Below are positions 17,261-26,832 of a stretch of DNA of 32,000 nucleotides, one piece after another. Source of the DNA: Candidatus Syntropharchaeum caldarium (lineage in GTDB: Archaea > Halobacteriota > Syntropharchaeia > Syntropharchaeales > Syntropharchaeaceae); NCBI GenBank assembly GCA_001766815.1, contig LYOS01000001.1, forward strand, positions 459,987 through 491,986. The letters are read 5' to 3'. The position numbers and the translations under genes are program-made. The first letter of the stretch is position 1. The number at the start of each line of letters is the position of its first letter. Below the pieces are notes generated by a model that did not search any database, was not told where the DNA came from, and saw only the letters and a list, made by a program, of their open reading frames with translations.

Positions 17261-18378
17261 GTTACAACCTCCTCTGGCTTTTTAGCTTTAGCAAACAGCT
17301 CGACAATCTTATTTGTGACGGTACGCTCTTCGTTCATCCGTTTGTGAAGCTGGAGGAACGCATTGAGGAGTGCCTCTGGTCTCGGCGGGCAGCCCGGAAG
17401 ATATATATCCACAGGTATGACTTTATCCACGCCTTTGAGTACGCTGTATGAGTTGACAAAGGGACCGCCTGTCATTGCACACGCACCCATTGCGATAACA
17501 TACTTTGGCTCAGCCATCTGATCATAGAGCCTCCTGAGTCGTGGTGCCATTTTCTGCGTGATCGTGCCTGCCACAATGAGAACATCTGCCTGTCTGGGTG
17601 AGTTGCGGAAGAGCATACCATATCGATCCATATCATTACGTGAGGCAAATGTCGCCATCATCTCCAGCGCACAGCATGCAGTTCCAAACGCCATGGGCCA
17701 GAGTGAGCATGTCCTGCCCCAGTTGAGGAATCTATCAATCGACGTCAGGATGATATTTTGATAGAAGCCAGGATCGATTCTTTCATCGACGATCATCCCT
17801 GCCTCTGGGAGCATATCCTCTATCGCCCACTGTTTTCTGAAGTGTTTGTTCGAATCCTGCATAATGAGGTATGTCCAGTATATTCCAAACAATCCAAGCG
17901 TTACGGCTCCGAGCGCAAGATAGGTACCTGCAGGTCTTGATGGAAGAGTATCTTCAATCTTTTGTCCAGTATAGCGTGAAAAAAAACGGTTCTGTCTCTC
18001 TGCATGCATCATGAGATCATTTGTGAGGCGCCACTCAACATAAAGTCCAAGCGTAATAATTCCCAGGATAATTCGTAAAAATGAGAGGTCTCTGAACTCA
18101 CCTGTTTCATATCCCTCGTTGTGTATCTTTTTAAGATCGGCAAGCAGATCTCTCTTCTTTACATCGAGTCCCACAAGATCTATGATCCGCTCTTCAAGAT
18201 CCTTCTGTCGTTTGAAGTGTTCATTTCGCCTGTGAATTAGTTTAAGGTGGAGCAGGATAAAGAGAAGACCAAAAGTTAAAAAACCACCGAGAATCCACCA
18301 GTTCGAAACCTCCTCATCTGTAAGGATACGCCTTCCTATTGCTCTTTTAATCCTTTCATTGATATATGTTCGATCCAT
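17257..18378 (-). CDS. fpoB: complex I-like subunit B (NuoB/PSST homologue) with a ~195-aa N-terminal membrane extension
   Basis: The C-terminal ~170 aa is canonical NuoB ([39 protein letters not shown], the N2 cluster ligands). The N-terminal 195 aa is continuous in frame and has three hydrophobic helices. The ATG at 18378 overlaps the fpoA TGA (TGATG), and there is a GTG at 18381. Confidence 0.85.
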   Translation of the reverse strand: MDRTYINERIKRAIGRRILTDEEVSNWWILGGFLTFGLLFILLHLKLIHRRNEHFKRQKDLEERIIDLVGLDVKKRDLLADLKKIHNEGYETGEFRDLSFLRIILGIITLGLYVEWRLTNDLMMHAERQNRFFSRYTGQKIEDTLPSRPAGTYLALGAVTLGLFGIYWTYLIMQDSNKHFRKQWAIEDMLPEAGMIVDERIDPGFYQNIILTSIDRFLNWGRTCSLWPMAFGTACCALEMMATFASRNDMDRYGMLFRNSPRQADVLIVAGTITQKMAPRLRRLYDQMAEPKYVIAMGACAMTGGPFVNSYSVLKGVDKVIPVDIYLPGCPPRPEALLNAFLQLHKRMNEERTVTNKIVELFAKAKKPEEVVT

Positions 18379-18746
18379 CACGCATCACCAACCCATTCAA
18401 GAGCTCCTATCTTCCATGCATATGCATAGCCCGCGACAAGAACGCCGATGAAAATCATCATCTCAATGAACGCAAACGCTCCTAAACCCCCAAATGAAAC
18501 CGCCCATGGATACAGAAAGATAGCTTCAACATCAAAGATGACAAAGACCAGAGCGTAGAGATAGAACTGGATACCGATATTCTTACGTGAATCACCACCC
18601 AGGGCTATCTCACCACATTCATATATCGTGAATTTTTCATCATTCGGATGAGATGGTCTCAAAAGCCAGGAAGCTACAAATGCAATAACAGGAAACATTA
18701 TTCCAACAATCGTAATCAAGGCGATTTCCATATAACCTGACATCAT
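18378..18746 (-). CDS. fpoA: complex I-like subunit A (NuoA homologue)
   Basis: 122 aa with three TM helices. The YECGE motif is followed by [21 protein letters not shown], typical of NuoA. Confidence 0.9.
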   Translation of the reverse strand: MMSGYMEIALITIVGIMFPVIAFVASWLLRPSHPNDEKFTIYECGEIALGGDSRKNIGIQFYLYALVFVIFDVEAIFLYPWAVSFGGLGAFAFIEMMIFIGVLVAGYAYAWKIGALEWVGDA

Positions 18747-18776
18747 TCACACCCAACGAAAACCACCCTTTTTTAG

Positions 18777-18786
18777 TATATAAAAA
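18777..18786 (-). promoter_or_regulatory. candidate TATA box for the fpoABCDH block
   Basis: The minus strand reads GAAATTTTTATATACT, with TTTTTATATA centred ~35 nt upstream of the fpoA ATG (18746). Confidence 0.45.
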
Positions 18787-18849
18787 TTTCTAAATAAACA
18801 TCCACCACAATTATCAAACCTTGCGATTTCAAATATGGAGAGGGAAAAT

Positions 18850-19656
18850 TCAGCTCAAAAACAGGTTGCAGATGGTGAGGGTTGCAACAAGCGCCTCCTC
18901 CAGCCGAACTGTTGCAGTACCCTGCTGCTTAACAACGTTTATCACCGGGTAACCAAACTCAGCCATTGAGTGGTTATCGTCCTGAAGAATCTCCTCAATC
19001 CCCCTGCTCGGCGATCCAAAAACAAGTACGATTCTGTCGAGATCAACGTATTCTCTAAGGTCTTTGAGAAGTGCAATATCTACAATATCACCTGTTTTTG
19101 ATGTGAATATCACCCTTCCATTGAGTTTTCTATCCCTAAGTGCCTTGAACAAGCTCTTTCGCACCCTGACGCGATAGCCCCAGTAACAGGGAATGCTGGC
19201 GGGGTCAACGATCTCAACCTCAGGCGGATCGATCGATGTGATCCTGACAGTAACAACACCAGCCTCCTCTCCTGTTCCTTTTTTTATCACAGCCAGCTCA
19301 TCAAGGCCGATATCAACCTTTCTGCCTTTCACAAATCCCATCCTGAACTCTCCAACCTCAATACTCTTATGCTGTGGGTGCGATGGTGTTTGAAGTGGTG
19401 GAATTATACCTGCAAACCTCAGATTTTTTGAGATCGGAAAGAGGTGACGCTTCAGGTGAGGTGGGCAGTTTGCATACTCCAGAAGTTCGCGGATGAAAGC
19501 GGTATCATCGAACGAGCGATCCCGATAGATCACAATCTCATCGACACGGAATATCGACGCAGCTCGTGCAATCTGCCCAACCCTGTACGCTCTGATTTTC
19601 TCATCAGCAATCTCCATCGTGAGGGAGGATGGGATCAAAATTGTGATTTTTTTCAT
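18850..19656 (-). CDS. SPOUT-superfamily putative RNA methyltransferase (DUF171/PF02598, COG2106-like)
   Basis: ILIPSSLTMEIADEKIRAYRVGQIARAASIFRVDEIVIY and the C-terminal LVFGSPSRGI...NVVKQQGTATVRLEEAL match my recollection of the COG2106 family. Confidence 0.6.
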   Translation of the reverse strand: MKKITILIPSSLTMEIADEKIRAYRVGQIARAASIFRVDEIVIYRDRSFDDTAFIRELLEYANCPPHLKRHLFPISKNLRFAGIIPPLQTPSHPQHKSIEVGEFRMGFVKGRKVDIGLDELAVIKKGTGEEAGVVTVRITSIDPPEVEIVDPASIPCYWGYRVRVRKSLFKALRDRKLNGRVIFTSKTGDIVDIALLKDLREYVDLDRIVLVFGSPSRGIEEILQDDNHSMAEFGYPVINVVKQQGTATVRLEEALVATLTICNLFLS

Positions 19657-19707
19657 CTATCTTACCTTTCGATACCTTTTTATCTCGCTGATACTAAAGA
19701 TTGACGG

Positions 19708-20364
19708 ATGAAACTGACGGATAAGATCTACTGGTACCCGGAGTATGGTATGCTTGACTGCAACACATATTTATTTCGTGATGAGACAACGCTGTTGATC
19801 GATCCAGGCAACAGTTCATATCTCAATCACCTTGTCGCATCGCTTGAAGAGGATGGGATCAAAATTAGTGATATTGATCTTATTGCCTTCACTCATCTTC
19901 ACATTGATCACTGCAGCGGAAGTCAGGATCTGAAGGAATTGAGCGGTGCAAAAATTGCTTTCCACAGGATCCAGGATGAAAATAACAATATCCTTGGTGA
20001 AGTCTCTCGTTTCTTTGGTTTGAGTTCCCCCAGGTTCACAGCTGACATTCTCCTCTCAGATAGTTTGAATATCGGTTCAAGAGAGATAAGAATGATAGTA
20101 ACACCAGGCCACTCACCAGAAAGCATCTGTTTTTATGATCAAACCGATAAAGCGCTGGTATGTGGCGATGTGATCTTTGATAGAAGCGTTGGCAGGACTG
20201 ATCTTCCGAGAGGGAGTGGACAGGAGCTTAAAAATTCGATAAACTATTTATCAGGTCTTGATCTGGAGTATCTGCTTCCTGGGCACATGGGAATTGTAAA
20301 AGGTAGGAGGGCGGTTATCAATAATTTTGCATTTGTGAAAGAGGCTTATTTTGGATTTATGTAG
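19708..20364 (+). CDS. MBL-fold metallo-hydrolase (glyoxalase II-like)
   Basis: HLHIDHCSG (the HxHxDH motif), TPGHSPES, CGDVIF and LLPGH form the metal-ligand series. Confidence 0.85.
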   Translation: MKLTDKIYWYPEYGMLDCNTYLFRDETTLLIDPGNSSYLNHLVASLEEDGIKISDIDLIAFTHLHIDHCSGSQDLKELSGAKIAFHRIQDENNNILGEVSRFFGLSSPRFTADILLSDSLNIGSREIRMIVTPGHSPESICFYDQTDKALVCGDVIFDRSVGRTDLPRGSGQELKNSINYLSGLDLEYLLPGHMGIVKGRRAVINNFAFVKEAYFGFM

Positions 20365-20403
20365 CAGATTGTCGTTTAACTTGCACACACCAGCATAAGA
20401 TCT

Positions 20404-21330
20404 ATGCTGTTAAATTACCTCCTCCAGACCATAGTCCTTGTTACAATAGGCGTGATACTTGCAAATATTTTTATTGAAGCAAAAATACTATCAAAGCTCA
20501 CACCGCTTGTAAAACCCATCTGTAAACGATCCAATTTATCTGAAGCCTGTATTTTTGCACTCTTTACCTCTCTCCTGAGCCCTACCGCATCCAAATCAGC
20601 CCTTGCAACCTTCTACAATCGGGGGGATATCACAGAGAGCGAGGTGATTGTGACCACGCTCATGAGTACATTCCCGATGGTTGTGGGTGGATCGCTATTC
20701 AAGGTTCAGGCATTGATCACAATTATGATCCTTGGTCCAATTGTAGGAAGTATTTATATCACATTGAATTTCTTTGCAGCTTTCATACAGACCTTTTGGG
20801 CGTTTGTTTACTCAAAAATAGCCTTTCCACCCTGTTCAACCAGTGTCGATGATGATTATCAGGTTGATAAACTTCTGCTCACATTTGATACGATTAAAAG
20901 CGGTTTAAAAGCGGCGTATTTGGTGCTTATGCGAATTATTCCTGTGCTGACTGTCACGGTGCTTGTGATTGGTTATTTACTCGATCATGGTATGATGGAT
21001 ATGATCGCACATCTCTTTGATCCTGTGCTCGGCTTGCTTGGCATTCCAGGAGAATGTGCTGCAGCGCTGGCGGGTCAGTTCATCCACTACACGGTTGGAT
21101 ATGCCGTCATCGGATCGCTCCTTTCAGAAGGGATTATAACGGAAAAGGATGCGGTAATGACACTTCTCATTGGGAGTATGATCGTCATAACGCTCATATA
21201 CATCAAATTCAGTGCCTCGATGTACATCTCGCTATTCGGGAAGCTTGGAGTTAAGGTGGCACTCATCAACTATGCAAGCAGCATGCTGGCGAAAGTTATC
21301 ACTATCGGGCTGGTTCTCTGGCTGATGTAA
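20404..21330 (+). CDS. polytopic membrane protein, possibly with nucleoside-recognition (Gate) domains
   Basis: 308 aa with about 8 hydrophobic segments. The GLLGIPGECAAALAGQF stretch resembles Gate-domain loops of FeoB-like or spore-maturation proteins. The family assignment is tentative. Confidence 0.5.
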   Translation: MLLNYLLQTIVLVTIGVILANIFIEAKILSKLTPLVKPICKRSNLSEACIFALFTSLLSPTASKSALATFYNRGDITESEVIVTTLMSTFPMVVGGSLFKVQALITIMILGPIVGSIYITLNFFAAFIQTFWAFVYSKIAFPPCSTSVDDDYQVDKLLLTFDTIKSGLKAAYLVLMRIIPVLTVTVLVIGYLLDHGMMDMIAHLFDPVLGLLGIPGECAAALAGQFIHYTVGYAVIGSLLSEGIITEKDAVMTLLIGSMIVITLIYIKFSASMYISLFGKLGVKVALINYASSMLAKVITIGLVLWLM

Positions 21331-21343
21331 GCTTCACTGAGCT

Positions 21344-21985
21344 TCACGCATTCGATGCCACGTACAGATTTCCAAATATGTTCATGGCAACAACGCCGAT
21401 ATAGAAACCTCCGAATATTGCTATTATCCATCCAAGTAACGGTATCGCCGAGATCAATGAGAGAACGACCATCAGTACGAATATGACCACATAAGCCAGG
21501 ATGTAGTCTCCAAGCACAGACTTTATCCGTGAAATTAGCTCACCAGGCTTGAATGCATTTCCCACTGAACCGCTCGCCACGTACATCGCCAGTGCCATCG
21601 GAATGAAAAATCCGAAGATTATCGCAAGTATTCCTCCTATAATTATGGCACTAAACATAGCAAATATATTAGGAAACGTATCCGCCGTTACAGTAGATGC
21701 TAATCCACCAACCATTACAACCGCCACAGTCACGACGATCAGAGGGATCAAGAGGTATATGAAGCATATTATAGTCGCTAACAAACCCTTCACAAAGAGT
21801 TCGCCCCATCCTTCCCATTCTGGCATTCCTGGCGACCCTTTGATTGCCTTCTCCATCGTCTTCAGGTAGAAACCTGTTACGAGCAGATTTACGATCGGTA
21901 TGATGGAGAGTATGCCACCTATTACTACCTTCGCAATCCATTTTTCATCCTCAGTCGGAAACTTTACTGCAGACCCTATATCCAT
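21344..21985 (-). CDS. DUF4013-like membrane protein
   Basis: The N-terminus (AVKFPTEDEKWIAKVVIGGILSIIPIVNLLVTGFYLKTMEKAIKGSPGMPEW) matches the DUF4013 pattern as I recall it. Multiple TM helices follow. Confidence 0.55.
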   Translation of the reverse strand: MDIGSAVKFPTEDEKWIAKVVIGGILSIIPIVNLLVTGFYLKTMEKAIKGSPGMPEWEGWGELFVKGLLATIICFIYLLIPLIVVTVAVVMVGGLASTVTADTFPNIFAMFSAIIIGGILAIIFGFFIPMALAMYVASGSVGNAFKPGELISRIKSVLGDYILAYVVIFVLMVVLSLISAIPLLGWIIAIFGGFYIGVVAMNIFGNLYVASNA

Positions 21986-22142
21986 ATTTTAACCCCCATG
22001 ATTTATAGTGATTTTTCCTGATGTTATATAAAGTTATGCAAGAAATTAAAATCATTAGCGTAATAAAGTTAAATTTTGATTTGCTTGTTAATTTGATGAG
22101 GTCTGGAGGTGAGTGGTTTTTCAATAAAGCGAACATTTCAAG

Positions 22143-22164
22143 AAAAAATAAAGGGACTAAAAAA
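22143..22164 (-). terminator. two oligo-T tracts, candidate archaeal terminator after the lipoprotein/DUF4870 unit
   Basis: The minus strand has T6 at 22164-22159 (23 nt after the TAA at 22187-22189) and a second T6 at 22148-22143. Confidence 0.35.
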
Positions 22165-22186
22165 TCCATCCCCTCACATCAACCGT

Positions 22187-22558
22187 TTAAATTTTACTTT
22201 CAACCCAGTCGCCTATCACAGGTACTTTGTACATCTCACCGCTGTATGCCTTGTACATCAGGAACAACCATAGTCCAAATATAACCAGCTGTATCAGCAC
22301 CATGACAAGGGTGAACAAACTCGCGATCATACCTGATCCCATCATACTTGCTCCAACCATCATCGCCGTTGTGATCGCCCCGATAATCCACATCAGGATC
22401 ATGAGTCCAAAGAACACAACGATCGACTGCATCGCATGGAACTTAACAAACCTGTTGTCCTTCTCAAGCACAAAGAATACAATCCCTGTGAGCCAGCCGA
22501 GCAGGTAGCAAAGCGCCCCCTCTATATTCTCATCCAGTCCTATTGACGTCTCCCCCAT
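22187..22558 (-). CDS. DUF4870-like small membrane protein
   Basis: ENIEGALCYLLGWLTGIVFFVLEKDNRFVKFHAMQS and the C-terminal YKAYSGEMYKVPVIGDW match the DUF4870/Tic20-like pattern. A perfect GGAGGTGAT Shine-Dalgarno lies upstream. Confidence 0.6.
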   Translation of the reverse strand: MGETSIGLDENIEGALCYLLGWLTGIVFFVLEKDNRFVKFHAMQSIVVFFGLMILMWIIGAITTAMMVGASMMGSGMIASLFTLVMVLIQLVIFGLWLFLMYKAYSGEMYKVPVIGDWVESKI

Positions 22559-22572
22559 CTCATATCACCTCC

Positions 22573-23337
22573 TTATCCGGGGTATTCAAAACTTTCCATA
22601 CCATCCTCTAATCCAGCAGATACATCATCCGCGTTCTCACACGCGGGTATGCTGAATACATCGTCTGGTATGTCCTCACCTATCTCGATCTCTGTAAATT
22701 CCATCGTTGTAACCGCACCACTGGCATCTCTTGTCTCGAGTTTCATGAGGTAACCATATCCAGATGCAAACCACATCTTCACAGAGTTTATTCCCGTCTC
22801 TGCGCCTTCCGTGTATGTTGTCTCAATAACAACACATCTGTGGCCTGCAATTGTTTCATAGCCGACCTTCTTGACTGAACAGGACTCATCAAATCCGCAT
22901 GCATGCTGTATCGCAGCAACTATCTCGTCATCTGTTACTCCATTACCGTAGTAGTAACTACCAAACCATCTGGCATAGGTAGCACCTGGATTTGCTCCCT
23001 TACCTTCTTCTATCGAGAATTTCATCGCAGAGTCACTCGATGCATCATACAGACACATACTATCGGATAATGTGAGAATCGTGGTGATTCCGTCCGCCGA
23101 CCTGATATCTACACGCTCTTTGTCGTCTTCTACCCACACCTCCATCTGATCGATCCCGTTCCCTTCGTCTGATGAGAACTCTATCGCGTAGTGATACTGT
23201 GATGGAAGATCAATCGCTGTCGCCGCTGTTTCACTGCTCTCACCACCTTCTTCCTCAGGTGGAGACGACGTGATACATCCTGAAAGAAGAATCACAATCG
23301 AGAGCAGTAGAACGATTATCAATCCCCTCTTTGTCAT
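22573..23337 (-). CDS. acidic secreted lipoprotein, function unknown
   Basis: Signal peptide MTKRGLIIVLLLSIVILLSGC with lipobox LSGC, followed by a Ser/Glu-rich linker and a beta-rich body. Confidence 0.7.
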   Translation of the reverse strand: MTKRGLIIVLLLSIVILLSGCITSSPPEEEGGESSETAATAIDLPSQYHYAIEFSSDEGNGIDQMEVWVEDDKERVDIRSADGITTILTLSDSMCLYDASSDSAMKFSIEEGKGANPGATYARWFGSYYYGNGVTDDEIVAAIQHACGFDESCSVKKVGYETIAGHRCVVIETTYTEGAETGINSVKMWFASGYGYLMKLETRDASGAVTTMEFTEIEIGEDIPDDVFSIPACENADDVSAGLEDGMESFEYPG

Positions 23338-23469
23338 TTATTCACCTTTTAAAACTAAATAATATTTAATGATATGATTAGTATAAATACTTTTGGTATA
23401 ACTCAGGCCATTGTGGCTACCCAATGCAAGGTCCATCGAGGAGAATTATCGTAAGCGATGTGTATTCTC

Positions 23470-24378
23470 TCATTTCACAAACTCCAATCCTGGCAAAAAC
23501 CTCGCACCAGCACCTCTGATGGCATATGATGCAACCTTTGACCCGATCCTGGCAGATGTCTCAGGGTCATCTCCACGAAGATAACTCCAGATAAACCCTG
23601 CAGCATACGCATCCCCTGCTCCTGTGGTATCGACAATCTCATCGGGAGAAATCGGATCAGCCACAACCTCAAGACGCAGATCACCTTTTGCAATGTATGA
23701 CCCATCTTTTCCAAGCGTGACAGCTATGATGGCATCGCTCATCTCGAGCAAATACTCACAGGAAGCTTCAACCCCTCGTCCGGTCAATGATCTGAGTTCA
23801 TTCTCGCTCACAAATATGATCGTTGCAAGCCTGAAGAGTTCACTGAGTTCATCAAAACTGTACCTGAAACAGAGCATCCCGGGTGAGAAACTGATTGCAA
23901 CATCCCCTTTCAGGATCTTTGCAAGCTCAATCTGCATCAGAAGCTGATCTTTCTCAACAAATGAGCTTGTGTGAATGAGGCGTGCCTGGCGCACATAATC
24001 AATATTTATATCTTCAAGTGAGATATCGCTGTTTGCACCGGCATCAACATAAAGTGCCCGTTCACCGCTCTGGTCAACAAATCCAACGACAGTTCCACTT
24101 TGTCTGGATGATACCTGCTTAATCCCAGATATGTCAACATGGTCATCAGAGAGATCCTTTAAGATTATCTCACCTTCTGGATCGTCTCCCACCGCCCCTA
24201 TAAAGCCGCAGGAGAGGCCAAGTCGTGATAGCCCCACGATCGTATTTGCAGCAGAGCCACCCGAGCTTTCCTCATGGCCAAGGATCTCCACTTCCTCCCC
24301 GGGTGCTGCAATTCTCTCAACAAAATATAGTCTGTCGTAGTTGAGTGCACCGAGCCCGATTACATCTATATCCATCAT
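23470..24378 (-). CDS. PfkB-family carbohydrate kinase (ribokinase-like)
   Basis: N-terminal GLGALNYD, a GG dipeptide region (SSGGSAANT) and the C-terminal DTTGAGDAYAAGF signature. Confidence 0.85.
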   Translation of the reverse strand: MMDIDVIGLGALNYDRLYFVERIAAPGEEVEILGHEESSGGSAANTIVGLSRLGLSCGFIGAVGDDPEGEIILKDLSDDHVDISGIKQVSSRQSGTVVGFVDQSGERALYVDAGANSDISLEDINIDYVRQARLIHTSSFVEKDQLLMQIELAKILKGDVAISFSPGMLCFRYSFDELSELFRLATIIFVSENELRSLTGRGVEASCEYLLEMSDAIIAVTLGKDGSYIAKGDLRLEVVADPISPDEIVDTTGAGDAYAAGFIWSYLRGDDPETSARIGSKVASYAIRGAGARFLPGLEFVK

Positions 24379-24547
24379 ACATCCTCACTTCTTCATTGTT
24401 TGAAACTGATATTATTTTAGTCCGCATTCTAACCCATTTTATACTGTAGCCTACTCAATCAAAGAATATTTAAAGAATCGGGTAAAAATGAGGTGATGTA
24501 GCACATTTGTGACCGTATCTCAGGTAATTTTATTGGAGTGATTATAT

Positions 24548-25711
24548 ATGAAATCTGCGTTGGAAGGAATCAGAATTCTGGATTTGAGCAGGATGCTGCC
24601 ATTTGAGTACTGCACAATGATACTGGCCGATCTTGGAGCAGATATCCTCAAGATCGAAGAGCCGGGTATGGGCGACTATATGAGGTGGTTGCCACCAAAG
24701 ATCAAGGAAGAAAACTCACATTTTCTGCTTCTAAACCGTAACAAACGGAGTATGACCCTGAACCTCAGAAAAGACGAGGCAAAAGAGATACTTTGCGATC
24801 TTGCTAAAGGTGCAGATGTGCTTTTTGAGTCGTTCAGACCGGGTGTGATGGATAAGCTTGGGCTGGGCTATGATATAATGAAGGATGTGAACCCTGATCT
24901 CATCTACTGCTCAGCCACAGGTTATGGACAGACAGGACCCTACAGAAATAAACCAGGGCATGACCTGAACTACATCAGCATAGCAGGTATACTGGAGCGA
25001 ACCGGGCTTGAGAAACCTGTAATACCTGGAATTCCAATTGCAGATATGACAGTGGGTGTTTATTCAGCACTTGCAATCCTCGCAGCCATTATTGCGCGTG
25101 ATCGGGGAGGGAAAGGACAGTACATCGATATATCAATGACTGATTGCATGCTTTCATACAATATCGCCAACATCGGAGACTATGTGGCAGGAAAATCTGA
25201 GAAGTTTGAATTAAGGGGAGAAGCACCATATTACAACGTCTATGAGACAAAAGATGGAAAATGGATCGCTGTTGGAAATATCGAAGATAAATTCTGGGCT
25301 GATATGTGCAGAGGCATGGAAAGAGAGGATTTGATAGAGAAACACAGCTTTAATCTGAGTGAAGAAGAGAAAGCAGCACTTAAAGATGAGCTTCAGAAGG
25401 TATTCAGCCAGAAAACACGGGATGAGTGGATCAGGATCTTTGAGAAAAAGGATACCTGCATCACACCTGTTCTGGCTGTTGAAGAATCACTGAATGATCC
25501 GAACTTCATCGAGCGGGATATGATCTTTGAGATGGATCATCCAAAAGAGGGTAGACTCAAGCAGATAGCACTCCCCATCAAGTTCTCAGAAACGCCTGAT
25601 CGCAGGGAGGTACCACCCCCAATGATCGGAGAACATACCGATGAAGTGCTTAAAGCGCTTGGTTATGACGATGCGAAGATCGATAAACTTCGCAGGGATG
25701 GGGTTGTCTGA
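24548..25711 (+). CDS. family III CoA-transferase (CaiB/BaiF/alpha-methylacyl-CoA racemase-like)
   Basis: GIRILDLSRMLPFEYCTMILADLGADILKIE, FRPGVMDKLGLGY, and GHDLNYI with the catalytic Asp context. Confidence 0.9.
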   Translation: MKSALEGIRILDLSRMLPFEYCTMILADLGADILKIEEPGMGDYMRWLPPKIKEENSHFLLLNRNKRSMTLNLRKDEAKEILCDLAKGADVLFESFRPGVMDKLGLGYDIMKDVNPDLIYCSATGYGQTGPYRNKPGHDLNYISIAGILERTGLEKPVIPGIPIADMTVGVYSALAILAAIIARDRGGKGQYIDISMTDCMLSYNIANIGDYVAGKSEKFELRGEAPYYNVYETKDGKWIAVGNIEDKFWADMCRGMEREDLIEKHSFNLSEEEKAALKDELQKVFSQKTRDEWIRIFEKKDTCITPVLAVEESLNDPNFIERDMIFEMDHPKEGRLKQIALPIKFSETPDRREVPPPMIGEHTDEVLKALGYDDAKIDKLRRDGVV

Positions 25712-25743
25712 AATCGCCATGAAACATAAAAAGAGGCGATAAA

Positions 25744-26832
25744 ATGATAGAAATAAAAGATGTACTGAACTTATTGGGTAAAGAACTGAAGGACAATACC
25801 GAGCAAGCAAAAAGATTTAGAGAGTTTATAGTAGAAGATAAATGGACTTCTGAACAAATAAAAAAGTGGTTGGATGAATGTATAAACAAAAGCTCTGGTG
25901 CTCATGATCCTTATAATAGAGCATTCCAGGATTTGGTTGTTTCTTTAGGGAGAAGATTAGGATTTGAAACCATACATGGGAAATATCTCGGGAAATCTGG
26001 AGAAGAGAATTATGACGGAATTTGGAAAAGAGAGAACGGAGATACCATCGTTCTTGAGGTAAAAACAAGCACCTGGCCTATTGGTAGTGTGAGTCAACTT
26101 GGGGATTATCTTGATCAACTTGCTAAAAAAGAAGATAATAAAAATGCCTTTGGGTTGTATGTCATTGGTAAAGGAAACGTTCAGCCTTTAATTGAACAAA
26201 TACTTGGAAGTAAATATAAAGATAGGATGCGTTTAATTCTTTACGACGATCTAATGGAAATAATAAACCTGAAGGAAGAATTGGAACCAGTAATAGGAGC
26301 GAGACAAGCTATAGAAAAAGTTCAAAATCTTCTTTTACCTGTTGAAAGCATTAACATAGGAAATATAGTTAGACTCATAATAGAAGTAGCCACAACAAAA
26401 TCAACAGCAGTGGAGGAACAAGTTGAAGAAGAGATAGAAGGGGAAGTTACTGATGGAGAAGAAGAACCCTGGACTAAAACTGAGCTCCTATCCTATTTAA
26501 AAGATACAACACCATATCAACGACTACTTTTAGCAGCTCTAGTACAGGTTGACAAAGAACCAGCGACAAGTAAACAGGTAACTTTCTTAATGAATGAAAT
26601 CACAAAAAGGAGGCCGTCTGAAGGCATTGATAAAAAAATAACTGGTAAAGATATTGCTGGAGCACGAGCAGGCCTGAAAATGAGAAGGAAACCGTTGAAA
26701 AAAGAGGATATTATAGAGAGTTCTTGGAGTCGTGTGGAAAGAGATTACATATACAGAATAAAGGGTGATTACAAACAAACGGTTATAGACTGGGTAAAAG
26801 GTGAAAAATTATGGATAAAAGAGGAAATATGA
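25744..26832 (+). CDS. PD-(D/E)xK nuclease-fold protein with acidic linker and putative C-terminal winged-helix domain
   Basis: AFQDLVVSLGRRLGFE...YDGIW...GDTIVLEVKTS follows the E...D...ExK layout of Mrr-like or restriction-endonuclease cores. An EEQVEEEIEGEVTDGEEE linker follows. The basic C-terminal region has the look of a helix-turn-helix. The gene is visibly AT-rich compared with its neighbours. Confidence 0.5.
   Translation: MIEIKDVLNLLGKELKDNTEQAKRFREFIVEDKWTSEQIKKWLDECINKSSGAHDPYNRAFQDLVVSLGRRLGFETIHGKYLGKSGEENYDGIWKRENGDTIVLEVKTSTWPIGSVSQLGDYLDQLAKKEDNKNAFGLYVIGKGNVQPLIEQILGSKYKDRMRLILYDDLMEIINLKEELEPVIGARQAIEKVQNLLLPVESINIGNIVRLIIEVATTKSTAVEEQVEEEIEGEVTDGEEEPWTKTELLSYLKDTTPYQRLLLAALVQVDKEPATSKQVTFLMNEITKRRPSEGIDKKITGKDIAGARAGLKMRRKPLKKEDIIESSWSRVERDYIYRIKGDYKQTVIDWVKGEKLWIKEEI

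Noticed and set aside
25713-25740. Inverted repeat ATCGCC...GGCGAT overlapping the ribosome-binding site of the low-GC gene, as a possible translational control hairpin.
   Set aside because: It is a 6-bp stem with a 16-nt loop. That is marginal stability and expected by chance in a window of this size.
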